63,167 bases of DNA from an uncultured virus (IMG/VR IMGVR_UViG_3300031998_000023) (IMGVR_UViG_3300031998_000023), one strand, 5' to 3'; positions 51,524-59,040 are shown, numbered from the stretch's first letter. Program-made: numbers and translations. Notes: a model not told the origin generated them from the sequence alone.

Positions 51524-51538
51524 ACAAAAACCGTGCCA
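51524..51538 (-). promoter_or_regulatory. class I sigma54-type promoter (tandem)
   Basis: TGGCACGGTTTTTGT. Confidence 0.75.
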
Positions 51539-51555
51539 GAAATTTCAATTAGATA

Positions 51556-51587
51556 AAAAAAAAGCACGAAATTCGAGAATTCCGTGC
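51556..51587 (-). terminator. terminator of tRNA/ncRNA operon
   Basis: GCACGGAATT-CTCG-AATTTCGTGC followed by T run. Confidence 0.8.
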
Positions 51588-51726
51588 AAACAAACACACA
51601 TTGTTCCATGATTTAAAATCGAAACTTGCCAAGCAAGAGGCTCATGGAAGCCTGGGTGTACGGTTGTCCTATACTCCACCAATTAGTTTTTCAAACAGAA
51701 GCGAAACTAATAAAACTCCATAAGTT

Positions 51727-51916
51727 TCAGAAAGCGAGAAAAACCGATGTATCATTTAGCGCTGTGTACTTTCCAAGGTTTTCACGCCCAAGTCTCTGGT
51801 CTTAGCAGCCGTATCTAAGGGCTGTGCGCCTAGACTTGGAGAGAGTGCGCATCTCATCATCTTTGAATTAACTAATTACATTAATTTGATTTTGAGCTTT
51901 GCTGTACGCTTTCTTC
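51727..51916 (-). ncRNA. candidate structured RNA closed by TACAGCAA helix
   Basis: AGAAAGCG/CGCTTTCT closing stem; internal CCAAGTCT/AGACTTGG stem and pseudoknot. Confidence 0.5.
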
Positions 51917-51919
51917 AAG

Positions 51920-51991
51920 TAGCGGGAGAAGGATTCGAACCTCCGACCTCAAGGTTATGAGCCTTGCGAGCTGCCTCTGCTCCACCCCGCA
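51920..51991 (-). tRNA. tRNA-Met(CAT), initiator-like
   Basis: Cloverleaf, CTCATAA loop, 1:72 mismatch, GGTTCGAATCC; no CCA. Confidence 0.9.
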
Positions 51992-52013
51992 TCAATATCA
52001 AAGAACTAATCTT

Positions 52014-52096
52014 GTCTCAATTGTGGACTCGGACCACTGTGTTCCGTACTTACGCTATCCAAGGCACGGGCGTTACACTCTAACCTGAATTGAGCC
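52014..52096 (-). ncRNA. tRNA-like RNA without canonical anticodon loop
   Basis: CTCAATT/AATTGAG acceptor stem, GTGG-TCCGAGT-CCAC T-arm. Confidence 0.55.
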
Positions 52097-52208
52097 GGAG
52101 GTTTTGTTTTACTTCAAACAGACCTACCTAACTGTTTTGAACTTAACTTTAAATTAAATTGGCTTGCTTCTCAGCAGTCTATGTATAAATTTGATTATTT
52201 TCATGTTA

Positions 52209-52275
52209 TCAGAAAACAGTATGACAAACAAAAACCCTCTCTTTGTGTATTGAATAGTTGCTGTATGTTTTCTTC
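52209..52275 (-). ncRNA. TACAGCAA helix motif element
   Basis: AGAAAACA-TACAGCAA...TGTTTTCTGA. Confidence 0.45.
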
Positions 52276-52285
52276 TAACGTTATA

Positions 52286-52314
52286 AATATACAATTAAAT
52301 TTGAAAAAAAACAA
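52286..52314 (-). promoter_or_regulatory. class II (sigma70-like) promoter
   Basis: TTGTTT-N17-TATATT. Confidence 0.6.
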
Positions 52315-52345
52315 ATTTTTTCGTATTTTTTTTATTTTTTTCTTG

Positions 52346-52422
52346 TCGGGACGGTAGGAATCGAACCTACATGTAACCAATTACCGTTTCAACAAGGTAT
52401 AAGCTTGAGCGGATACGCCCCG
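52346..52422 (-). tRNA. atypical tRNA-like RNA, anticodon TAT (Ile?), D-loop displaced 3' of anticodon arm
   Basis: CGGGGCG/CGTCCCG acceptor, GTAGG-TTCGATT-CCTAC T-arm, CAAG-CTTATAC-CTTG arm. Confidence 0.7.
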
Positions 52423-52821
52423 TCAGTTATGGATAAACTTAACCTTGGACTTCTCCGGTACGCTTCCCTTGAAATAATGAGAATAGTTGAATTGATACCC
52501 ATGCTTGGCCTTATTTCTCATTGTAATTACTGTGATGGTATCGTTATCAATGTGGCAGAGCATTACGTTGACCATATCTACCGTCAGGGTATCGTTAGCA
52601 AGTCCAAGTGTAAAACAGGAACCGCCATCCCCCAGGTTGAAATGATAAGTTGAATCATCAATTCTATTGACATCAACCTGAGCATCAATCTTTGCTTGCT
52701 CAGCAAGTTCCTGTCGTTCTCTTGAATCCTGAATTGCAAAATACAATACAGCACCAAGAGCAGCGATTCCAAGAATCATAATAATCACTAAAATTTTTGA
52801 GAGTTTACTTTCGTTTTCCAT
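52423..52821 (-). CDS. membrane-anchored hypothetical protein
   Basis: N-terminal TM; stop codon abuts the atypical tRNA. Confidence 0.7.
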   Translation of the reverse strand: MENESKLSKILVIIMILGIAALGAVLYFAIQDSRERQELAEQAKIDAQVDVNRIDDSTYHFNLGDGGSCFTLGLANDTLTVDMVNVMLCHIDNDTITVITMRNKAKHGYQFNYSHYFKGSVPEKSKVKFIHN

Positions 52822-52851
52822 GGTTAAAGTTTTAGATTAAAGTTTTAATTG

Positions 52852-52936
52852 TAGCGGGAGCGGGACTCGAACCCGCACGGACGGTTAGTCCAGAAGATTT
52901 TAAGTCTGCCGTGTCTACCAATTCCACCACCCCGCC
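52852..52936 (-). tRNA. tRNA-Leu(TAA)
   Basis: Class II cloverleaf with long variable arm, CTTAAAA loop. Confidence 0.92.
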
Positions 52937-52970
52937 ATAAATGCATACGCAATTGCGTATATTATTACTG

Positions 52971-53045
52971 TGGGAGATGAGGGATTCGAACCCCCGACCT
53001 GCTGGATGTAAGCCAGTTGCGCTGTACCGACTGCGCCAATCTCCC
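52971..53045 (-). tRNA. tRNA-Val(TAC)
   Basis: Cloverleaf, CTTACAT loop. Confidence 0.92.
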
Positions 53046-53048
53046 AAG

Positions 53049-53238
53049 TTTGTTACGTTGATGTACGGTCCATCTCTTTTATAACACCATAGGCGCAAAT
53101 GGAAAGCCGGCCTCCATTCACTCGGTGTCACCCTCGTTGACTACCCATTGGCTTGAGTAGCCCCGGTACGTAACATAACAGAAGAGGATGCCTTGCCAAG
53201 TCGGGGTCTCTAATTTTAATTAGAAACATCCTCTCTGT
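53049..53238 (-). ncRNA. candidate structured spacer RNA(s)
   Basis: GAGGATG/CATCCTC hairpin; GTTACGT/ACGTAAC-closed multi-stem domain. Confidence 0.45.
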
Positions 53239-53241
53239 TTG

Positions 53242-53315
53242 TGGTCCCTCCAGGGTTTGAACCTGGGACCTACTGATTATGAGTCAGTTGCTCTAACCAA
53301 CTGCGCTAAGGGACC
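53242..53315 (-). tRNA. tRNA-CAT, probably Ile2
   Basis: Cloverleaf GGTCCCTTAGCGCAG.., CTCATAA loop, paired 1:72. Confidence 0.88.
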
Positions 53316-53324
53316 AAATGCATG

Positions 53325-53455
53325 GATTTGTTGTTGATAGTAGTAAACCCAAGAACACTACTTCGTGGTATCACCCACTAACGTATTCAGGCTACGCTGA
53401 GCCCCCCACATCTCCTTGCATTGTGGGCAGCAATGCGGTTAGTAACAAACATAGC
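53325..53455 (-). ncRNA. candidate pseudoknotted spacer RNA
   Basis: TTTGTT/AACAAA and ACTAAC/GTTAGT closing stems; two H-type pseudoknots. Confidence 0.45.
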
Positions 53456-53510
53456 CGCCAAGCGAGTACTGTTTAACGCCAAAGTACTTGAAACGAGCCA
53501 ACGTTGCTTG

Positions 53511-53583
53511 AGCGGCATAAGGGAATCGAACCCTCACCCCCAGCTTGGAAGGCTGGTATACTAAACCGTTATACGAATGCCGC
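53511..53583 (-). tRNA. tRNA-Gly(TCC)
   Basis: Cloverleaf, CTTCCAA loop, U73. Confidence 0.92.
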
Positions 53584-53629
53584 ATTCGATAGAAAAGTGC
53601 TTACTACTATGCTTCATAAGCACTTATTA

Positions 53630-53658
53630 AATATACAATTTTAATTTCTTAATATCAA
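53630..53658 (-). promoter_or_regulatory. class II (sigma70-like) promoter for tRNA operon
   Basis: TTGATA-N17-TATATT. Confidence 0.6.
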
Positions 53659-53696
53659 ATATTTTTTTAGTTAAACGATACGCAATTGCGTATATT

Positions 53697-54059
53697 TTAC
53701 TTTTTCACTGCACGTTTGGCCTTTATTGTTTCTCCGTGACCGAACAAGTCATAGAATTTGTCAATGATATTTGATATTGCTGGCCAATCGTACAATCCAT
53801 TTGCTGCGCCTCCTGCTACGAGACCGAAACCTGCACCAATTAAGTAATCAACCCAGCCTAATCCGAATGTCAACCCGCCTGTTAAGACTGTCAATACTCC
53901 GCATAATATTGCTACGACCCATGATATGATATGCTTTGCATTTGCATTTTCAATATCGAAAGCACCGTTAATAGCACCAGTGATAACTGTTGTACTTGCA
54001 ATAATGGTAGGGATAAAGATTAAAAGTTGTTGCAGTAAAGCTGCTATTGTAATCGCCAT
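53697..54059 (-). CDS. holin-like 3-TM membrane protein
   Basis: Three hydrophobic helices, G..AGGAANGLYD motif, basic tail. Confidence 0.55.
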   Translation of the reverse strand: MAITIAALLQQLLIFIPTIIASTTVITGAINGAFDIENANAKHIISWVVAILCGVLTVLTGGLTFGLGWVDYLIGAGFGLVAGGAANGLYDWPAISNIIDKFYDLFGHGETIKAKRAVKK

Positions 54060-54124
54060 ACTAATTTATTTATTAAAAGTTATTATTAAACTCCTAAAAA
54101 ATAAATAGTATGACAATTATAATT

Positions 54125-54856
54125 TTACGGAATAATCTTTGAAATTTGCATGAACGTATCAGGATATTCGTCTTCGCAAGATGAGAATGTTGCCTTCAAC
54201 GTGTGTTTTCCGTCACAAGACTTCATTTCAAGGTATCTTGATTCCGACCTCATAAGGAAGTATCCAATCTTCAAATAATCGGGCAACTTGGTAATGATGT
54301 TCATGATTCGTGCGCCAAGCGTGGACATTCCATAGTTTCTTGACGAAAGATAGAGAGCAATCAAGTCGCCACTATTGTTGAACGCATAGATGTTGTTTCT
54401 TGCCATCCAAAACATTTTGAGGACGTTATTCAAGCCCAAATCTTTCTCCCAAAAGTCACTTGTGGGCATACAGAAATGGTCTTGGGTCACCGGCAGGTAA
54501 ATGTCTGTTCCAATGACAATGAAATACAGAACGCCACCGCATCTAACTTCTGCCTTATAGACATCAACGTTATTGAAACACTTGGGAGTGGTAGGTGCGC
54601 CACTGCAAACAAGTTTTGGTGTTTTATCAACCATGTATGATGAGCCGTAGCCACAATCAGCGAGAACCTTGTTGATTTTGGTAGTGTAGTCTTTGACTTC
54701 CTCAGCCTCAACTTCACGCCATTCAAGCCAATCAACGCCACTGATGCTTTTTTGAACAATCTTTTTAAATTTTTCGACAGCCTCTTCTTTTGAAGATGCT
54801 TCAATGCCATCTCTAAAAATGCAGGACAGCATAGTTCCGCCAACGTTATACTTCAT
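54125..54856 (-). CDS. hypothetical protein
   Basis: Cassette gene. Confidence 0.75.
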   Translation of the reverse strand: MKYNVGGTMLSCIFRDGIEASSKEEAVEKFKKIVQKSISGVDWLEWREVEAEEVKDYTTKINKVLADCGYGSSYMVDKTPKLVCSGAPTTPKCFNNVDVYKAEVRCGGVLYFIVIGTDIYLPVTQDHFCMPTSDFWEKDLGLNNVLKMFWMARNNIYAFNNSGDLIALYLSSRNYGMSTLGARIMNIITKLPDYLKIGYFLMRSESRYLEMKSCDGKHTLKATFSSCEDEYPDTFMQISKIIP

Positions 54857-54899
54857 AATTTTAATTTGTGTGTTTGTTAATGTTCAATTTAATTAGTAA

Positions 54900-54914
54900 T
54901 CAAAAACCGTACCA
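54900..54914 (-). promoter_or_regulatory. class I sigma54-type promoter (variant)
   Basis: TGGTACGGTTTTTGA. Confidence 0.6.
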
Positions 54915-54933
54915 AAGTACGCATTTGCGTATA

Positions 54934-55152
54934 TTAATCGGTAAAATATTCTTCATGGCCATCCTCGAAGCGCAAAGCGCAAGCCGCTGACTTCCATTTG
55001 TAACGTAGGCCACAAACAACGCCTCTACCAAAGGCCATTGCTTCTGCCATGTTATTGACTTCGATGGTGTCCCATTGGCTGTATCTTGTTTCCAAGATTT
55101 TCCCGCCTTTGTCGTTTGTCTTATAGGTGCAAAGAGTTACTTGTACTTTCAT
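54934..55152 (-). CDS. hypothetical protein
   Basis: Start moved to MKVQV. Confidence 0.7.
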   Translation of the reverse strand: MKVQVTLCTYKTNDKGGKILETRYSQWDTIEVNNMAEAMAFGRGVVCGLRYKWKSAACALRFEDGHEEYFTD

Positions 55153-55165
55153 TGTAATTTTAATT

Positions 55166-55714
55166 TTAAGTCCATGCAAATTGCCAATCTAACTTTTTGA
55201 AGGTATCCTTCATTTGAACGTACTTTTCATAGTTAGGCTCATCCTTGTCCAAAAGGTTTCGCTGTCCATGTTTGGAGAGTTGGCTAATGGTCATAATGTT
55301 AGTTCCGTCATGGTGATAGCCATAGACAATGACTTCGCCATCCTTAAACTGAATCTTATAATCCAAATAGTCATTGGAAGACCGCAAGGCAAATTTGATA
55401 GCCTCGGTCAATGAGGTGAAAACTTGCTCAATGTAGCCTTTTCTATGGCCATTCCAAAGGCCAAGGTCAAAGGTAATCATGTAAAATCCATGCTCAGCCT
55501 TTGAATAGTGGAGATTATCAAAGAAGTTATCGTAATCAAGTTCAGCCTCTTCGTAAACCCAACTCCAATAATCTTCTGAATCCTCTTCTGAAGGCTCCAT
55601 TTCGTTTTCCTTGCACCATTCAAGGTAGTTTTCATAGGAATAATCTTCATCATATCCTCTTCCACCACTTTGAATTAAAGTGAAGTCCTTTTTATTAAAT
55701 TCTTGTTTTGCCAT
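55166..55714 (-). CDS. hypothetical phage protein
   Basis: DLGLWNG...HHDGTN motif. Confidence 0.75.
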   Translation of the reverse strand: MAKQEFNKKDFTLIQSGGRGYDEDYSYENYLEWCKENEMEPSEEDSEDYWSWVYEEAELDYDNFFDNLHYSKAEHGFYMITFDLGLWNGHRKGYIEQVFTSLTEAIKFALRSSNDYLDYKIQFKDGEVIVYGYHHDGTNIMTISQLSKHGQRNLLDKDEPNYEKYVQMKDTFKKLDWQFAWT

Positions 55715-55725
55715 GATTTTAATTT

Positions 55726-55905
55726 TTAGTCAAGTTCTCCGATTTCGTCAACTTCCATTTCATCACCATCAATGACTTCATTGTGGGTTCCTTCCCAACC
55801 ACATTCGGGGCAAACATAGTCCGTATTTGCGGTTTCATAATTGTAATTGGATTCGCCTTGAACAAACTCATGGCCACATTCGGGACAATACATTTTCTCT
55901 TCCAT
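55726..55905 (-). CDS. Zn-ribbon protein (59 aa)
   Basis: Read manually; two CPECG motifs. Confidence 0.7.
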   Translation of the reverse strand: MEEKMYCPECGHEFVQGESNYNYETANTDYVCPECGWEGTHNEVIDGDEMEVDEIGELD

Positions 55906-55943
55906 AGTGTTATGTTTTTATTGGTTAGACTTACTTTATTATA

Positions 55944-55958
55944 TCAAAAACCATGCCA
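55944..55958 (-). promoter_or_regulatory. class I sigma54-type promoter
   Basis: TGGCATGGTTTTTGA. Confidence 0.7.
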
Positions 55959-56022
55959 TTTTTCAACTTCATGGATTAAAATTTTTATTTTTTTTCGGGC
56001 ATAATGTTCACTACAATATAGC

Positions 56023-56037
56023 ACAAAAATCATGCCA
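56023..56037 (-). promoter_or_regulatory. class I sigma54-type promoter (empty cassette)
   Basis: TGGCATGATTTTTGT. Confidence 0.7.
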
Positions 56038-56104
56038 AACTATAAAAAAAAAGCGGCACTTTTTCAAGCACCGCTTCCAAAATATTTAGTGAACGCTTTC
56101 AGCC

Positions 56105-56626
56105 TTATTCTGCTTCGTCTTTGAAAAGTGAATTTACTTCCTCAACGAGTTTGTCCATGTCTTGGAGGTCAGCATCATCCAAAATCAGTGTGCCAACATA
56201 ATCATCAAAATCATCGCCAATGAATACATCGTAATAGCCATCGCCATCGCTTGAAGGCTCAATGCAAGCCTCGCCATAGTCGGATTCGACAACAATATGG
56301 ATTCTCGGCAGTCCCCAATCTTCGGCAGTGTCGCAGATGGTGTCCCAATAGTTGCCGTATTCCACCAAATCGGATTCAATTTGTTCGGCAAGTTCTCTCA
56401 TTTGCTCATCGGTTACTTTGGCAGTATCAAAGCCCTTTGAACGTACATCGGTCTTTGAAACACAGGTAACAACGTAGTCGCCTAACATTTCAGTAGGCAC
56501 AAGAAGAAATTCGCCTTCTTCATCATTGCTGACGATAACGCCAACTCTCGTTTTCAATCCCTCATAGGATTTTTCAAGTTGAGCAATACCTTCGTTTTCG
56601 GACTTGTTAATTCTCTTGTAATACAT
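56105..56626 (-). CDS. acidic hypothetical protein
   Basis: Start moved to MYYKR, downstream of promoter. Confidence 0.75.
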   Translation of the reverse strand: MYYKRINKSENEGIAQLEKSYEGLKTRVGVIVSNDEEGEFLLVPTEMLGDYVVTCVSKTDVRSKGFDTAKVTDEQMRELAEQIESDLVEYGNYWDTICDTAEDWGLPRIHIVVESDYGEACIEPSSDGDGYYDVFIGDDFDDYVGTLILDDADLQDMDKLVEEVNSLFKDEAE

Positions 56627-56664
56627 ATTATTTAATTTTAATTGGTTAGACACTTTAATTATAA

Positions 56665-56679
56665 TCAAAAACTATGCCA
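56665..56679 (-). promoter_or_regulatory. class I sigma54-type promoter
   Basis: TGGCATAGTTTTTGA. Confidence 0.7.
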
Positions 56680-56681
56680 AA

Positions 56682-57011
56682 TTACCACGGAATAGGAAAT
56701 TCCATGAAAAATAATTTTGCTGCATATTCATATTGGAAATTTTGTTCTTCCAATACATTGCAATACTCTTTGAAATAAAATTCCTCATCTTCGGACAAAA
56801 GATTCATGGGAAGGGTATCATCCCTATCTTGGCAAGAAATATCTCGGTCAAGAAGGCTATTGACTGCAACCTTTTCTTTTGATTCGTCAAAGATATTGAT
56901 ATAGCCCCAATCATTGAATTGGACTACATAAAAGGACTTGCCTAATTTGTCACTCCAAAACTTGAAGAGAAATCCGTTTTCAAGTTCGATGTTTCCAACT
57001 TCTTTAATCAT
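56682..57011 (-). CDS. hypothetical protein
   Basis: Cassette gene. Confidence 0.75.
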   Translation of the reverse strand: MIKEVGNIELENGFLFKFWSDKLGKSFYVVQFNDWGYINIFDESKEKVAVNSLLDRDISCQDRDDTLPMNLLSEDEEFYFKEYCNVLEEQNFQYEYAAKLFFMEFPIPW

Positions 57012-57048
57012 AGTTCTTATAATTTTAATTGGTTATACTTATTTCCTT

Positions 57049-57063
57049 ACAAATATCATGCCA
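57049..57063 (-). promoter_or_regulatory. class I sigma54-type promoter
   Basis: TGGCATGATATTTGT. Confidence 0.7.
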
Positions 57064-57066
57064 AAA

Positions 57067-57516
57067 TTAGCACTCTACATACCAATATCCGTTAAATTGT
57101 TCTTTGTACCAATCGTAAGATTCATCGTAAGGGATTCTATCTTCATGGGAAATTTCGTGCTTTCTTATTTCTACTATATCACAACCTACCATTTTTTCAA
57201 TCCTTTCCTCAACAATTCTATCCATTACGCTGAAATGGCATTGTTTAATCTCGTTAAGGAAATGTTCAAGTTCTTCAATATTGTGTGCCACAAATCCACG
57301 AACACCCATTTTGAAAACAATAGGAAAATAGTATTTGCCACTTCTAACATCGTACTTATAATATACTGAATAGTGATTGTCGAAAATCTTTGCTCCACTT
57401 AACCTTGCGCCATTCAAACCATTTGCAAGTTTAAGGGCTTGCCAACCATAAGGCTCATTGGCACAATTCCAACCAATCAATTCTTTGAATTTGTCTCTTG
57501 AAATGTAATTTTCCAT
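57067..57516 (-). CDS. hypothetical protein
   Basis: Start moved to MENYISR. Confidence 0.75.
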   Translation of the reverse strand: MENYISRDKFKELIGWNCANEPYGWQALKLANGLNGARLSGAKIFDNHYSVYYKYDVRSGKYYFPIVFKMGVRGFVAHNIEELEHFLNEIKQCHFSVMDRIVEERIEKMVGCDIVEIRKHEISHEDRIPYDESYDWYKEQFNGYWYVEC

Positions 57517-57551
57517 AGTGTGTGTTTGTTTAATGTTCACTGCAATATACC

Positions 57552-57566
57552 ACAAAAACCGTGCCA
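57552..57566 (-). promoter_or_regulatory. class I sigma54-type promoter
   Basis: TGGCACGGTTTTTGT. Confidence 0.75.
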
Positions 57567-57630
57567 AAAAGAGAAAAGCAGTACAAAAAAATGCACTGCT
57601 TTTCAAAAAAATGTGTATTAAGAAAGGAGG

Positions 57631-58500
57631 TTATTTCAGTTCCGTTTCGTAGAGTTTACCCCACCACCAATCCATGTGGTCAATATCATGGATTTCAACG
57701 TAATTGTCTTTTTCGACAATGACAAGTTCTTTCTCTTCGTAGTATTGCAAAAACTCTTCTTTGACATATTCAAGTGTGTCTTTGAGGTCTTGCTTTGCTT
57801 TTTCCTTGCTGTCGAAGGCTGCAATGGCAGGAGCGGAATCATGGTCAACGTACTTGCAGTTCACATACTGACAATTTGTCACATAGACAACTTGGTCATA
57901 GCCGCTTTTTTCAGCCTCTGCAAAGAATTGTGAAAGGTCATTGAAAGAGACACTAAACCAATCCTTGTCAATTTTTGGGGCTTTGTAATCGTGGACTTCT
58001 ACAATGCTGTTGTCGAAAGAAAGAACATGAACATCGTATAATTCTTTGTTGTCGGGGTCTTCAATGCTCAGCAAGCAATAGATACTTCCGCCATGTTTTT
58101 CTGCATAGGCGCACTCAATATCGCCATAGACAACAATCTCTTTGTCATCGAAGCAAATAGGCTTACCATCTTCAACAATGATAAAGTCTCGCTTGTACTT
58201 GTTCATCATGGCACGAGTTTCATCTTCTTCAAGGTTGAGCAAAACGCACCATGAGTTTTCAAACGAAACATCTTCGTTGTTGATATAGTCAAAGAGATTT
58301 CCAACGTTTTCAAAGAACGTTGATTGTGAACGGCTTGACATATTGTAGATGCTTAAATCGTTGCCGAATTGAGCAAGAAGCATCATAAATACTTTCTTTG
58401 AATCTTCTTTTTCGGTAGTGTCGAACATTCTAAACGACTTGTCGGGGTGTTCGATAATTTGATTTTCTTGTGTGCTGATAGGATAAGTAACTAAAATCAT
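57631..58500 (-). CDS. hypothetical protein
   Basis: Cassette gene. Confidence 0.8.
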   Translation of the reverse strand: MILVTYPISTQENQIIEHPDKSFRMFDTTEKEDSKKVFMMLLAQFGNDLSIYNMSSRSQSTFFENVGNLFDYINNEDVSFENSWCVLLNLEEDETRAMMNKYKRDFIIVEDGKPICFDDKEIVVYGDIECAYAEKHGGSIYCLLSIEDPDNKELYDVHVLSFDNSIVEVHDYKAPKIDKDWFSVSFNDLSQFFAEAEKSGYDQVVYVTNCQYVNCKYVDHDSAPAIAAFDSKEKAKQDLKDTLEYVKEEFLQYYEEKELVIVEKDNYVEIHDIDHMDWWWGKLYETELK

Positions 58501-58538
58501 AATGTGTGTTTTTTATTGGTTATACGTTATTATTACTT

Positions 58539-58553
58539 ACAAATATCATGCCA
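58539..58553 (-). promoter_or_regulatory. class I sigma54-type promoter
   Basis: TGGCATGATATTTGT. Confidence 0.7.
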
Positions 58554-59040
58554 AACTATCATCGGCAAAAGTTCCAAATGGACATTCTTTGTCATTGACT
58601 ACTTCGGTGCAATTATCGAAGCACAGCCACATATCCACGTTGTTGTTAGCCCTAAATTTGTTGAGGGCTGCATTAATGGCATCCTCTTCTTCACATTCGG
58701 GCATGGCGTTTTTGTTGATTACGACCCTTGTAGTCAGTTCAAAGGTGACAAGTTTGGCAACCTTTTCGGTTTGCTTTGTCTCTTCTTTGATAACCTCTTT
58801 AACCCTTGCTTCTACAAAGGTTTTAAGATGTTCATGGTAACGAGCCGAAAACTGCACGGCTGTCTCATGTTCAAACTTCTCTTTGAAGATTTTAGCCCAT
58901 TCAAAGGCATACTTTTCAGTGACTTCATTCTTGGTGATGATTTTGTCTTGCAAATCATTGAAAATGGGCGTTGCATAGTTGGCAACATCAATAATGAGAG
59001 AGAGAAAATCAATTTCTTTTTCGCTTGAAAACTTACTCAT
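58546..59040 (-). CDS. hypothetical protein
   Basis: Cassette gene; stop lies inside next promoter. Confidence 0.75.
   Translation of the reverse strand: MSKFSSEKEIDFLSLIIDVANYATPIFNDLQDKIITKNEVTEKYAFEWAKIFKEKFEHETAVQFSARYHEHLKTFVEARVKEVIKEETKQTEKVAKLVTFELTTRVVINKNAMPECEEEDAINAALNKFRANNNVDMWLCFDNCTEVVNDKECPFGTFADDSLA

Noticed and set aside
51640..51681. tmRNA 3' end suggested by CTCCACCA on +
   Set aside because: No T-loop or matching 5' GGGG end, and wrong strand for the cluster.
51775..51862. Hammerhead ribozyme (TGATGAG...GAAA)
   Set aside because: Core reads ATGATGA rather than CTGATGA, and stems I and III cannot be formed.
52832..53131. 99-aa ORF, plus 62413..62883 and 52405..52653
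   Set aside because: They overlap tRNA genes or the real antisense gene; spurious.
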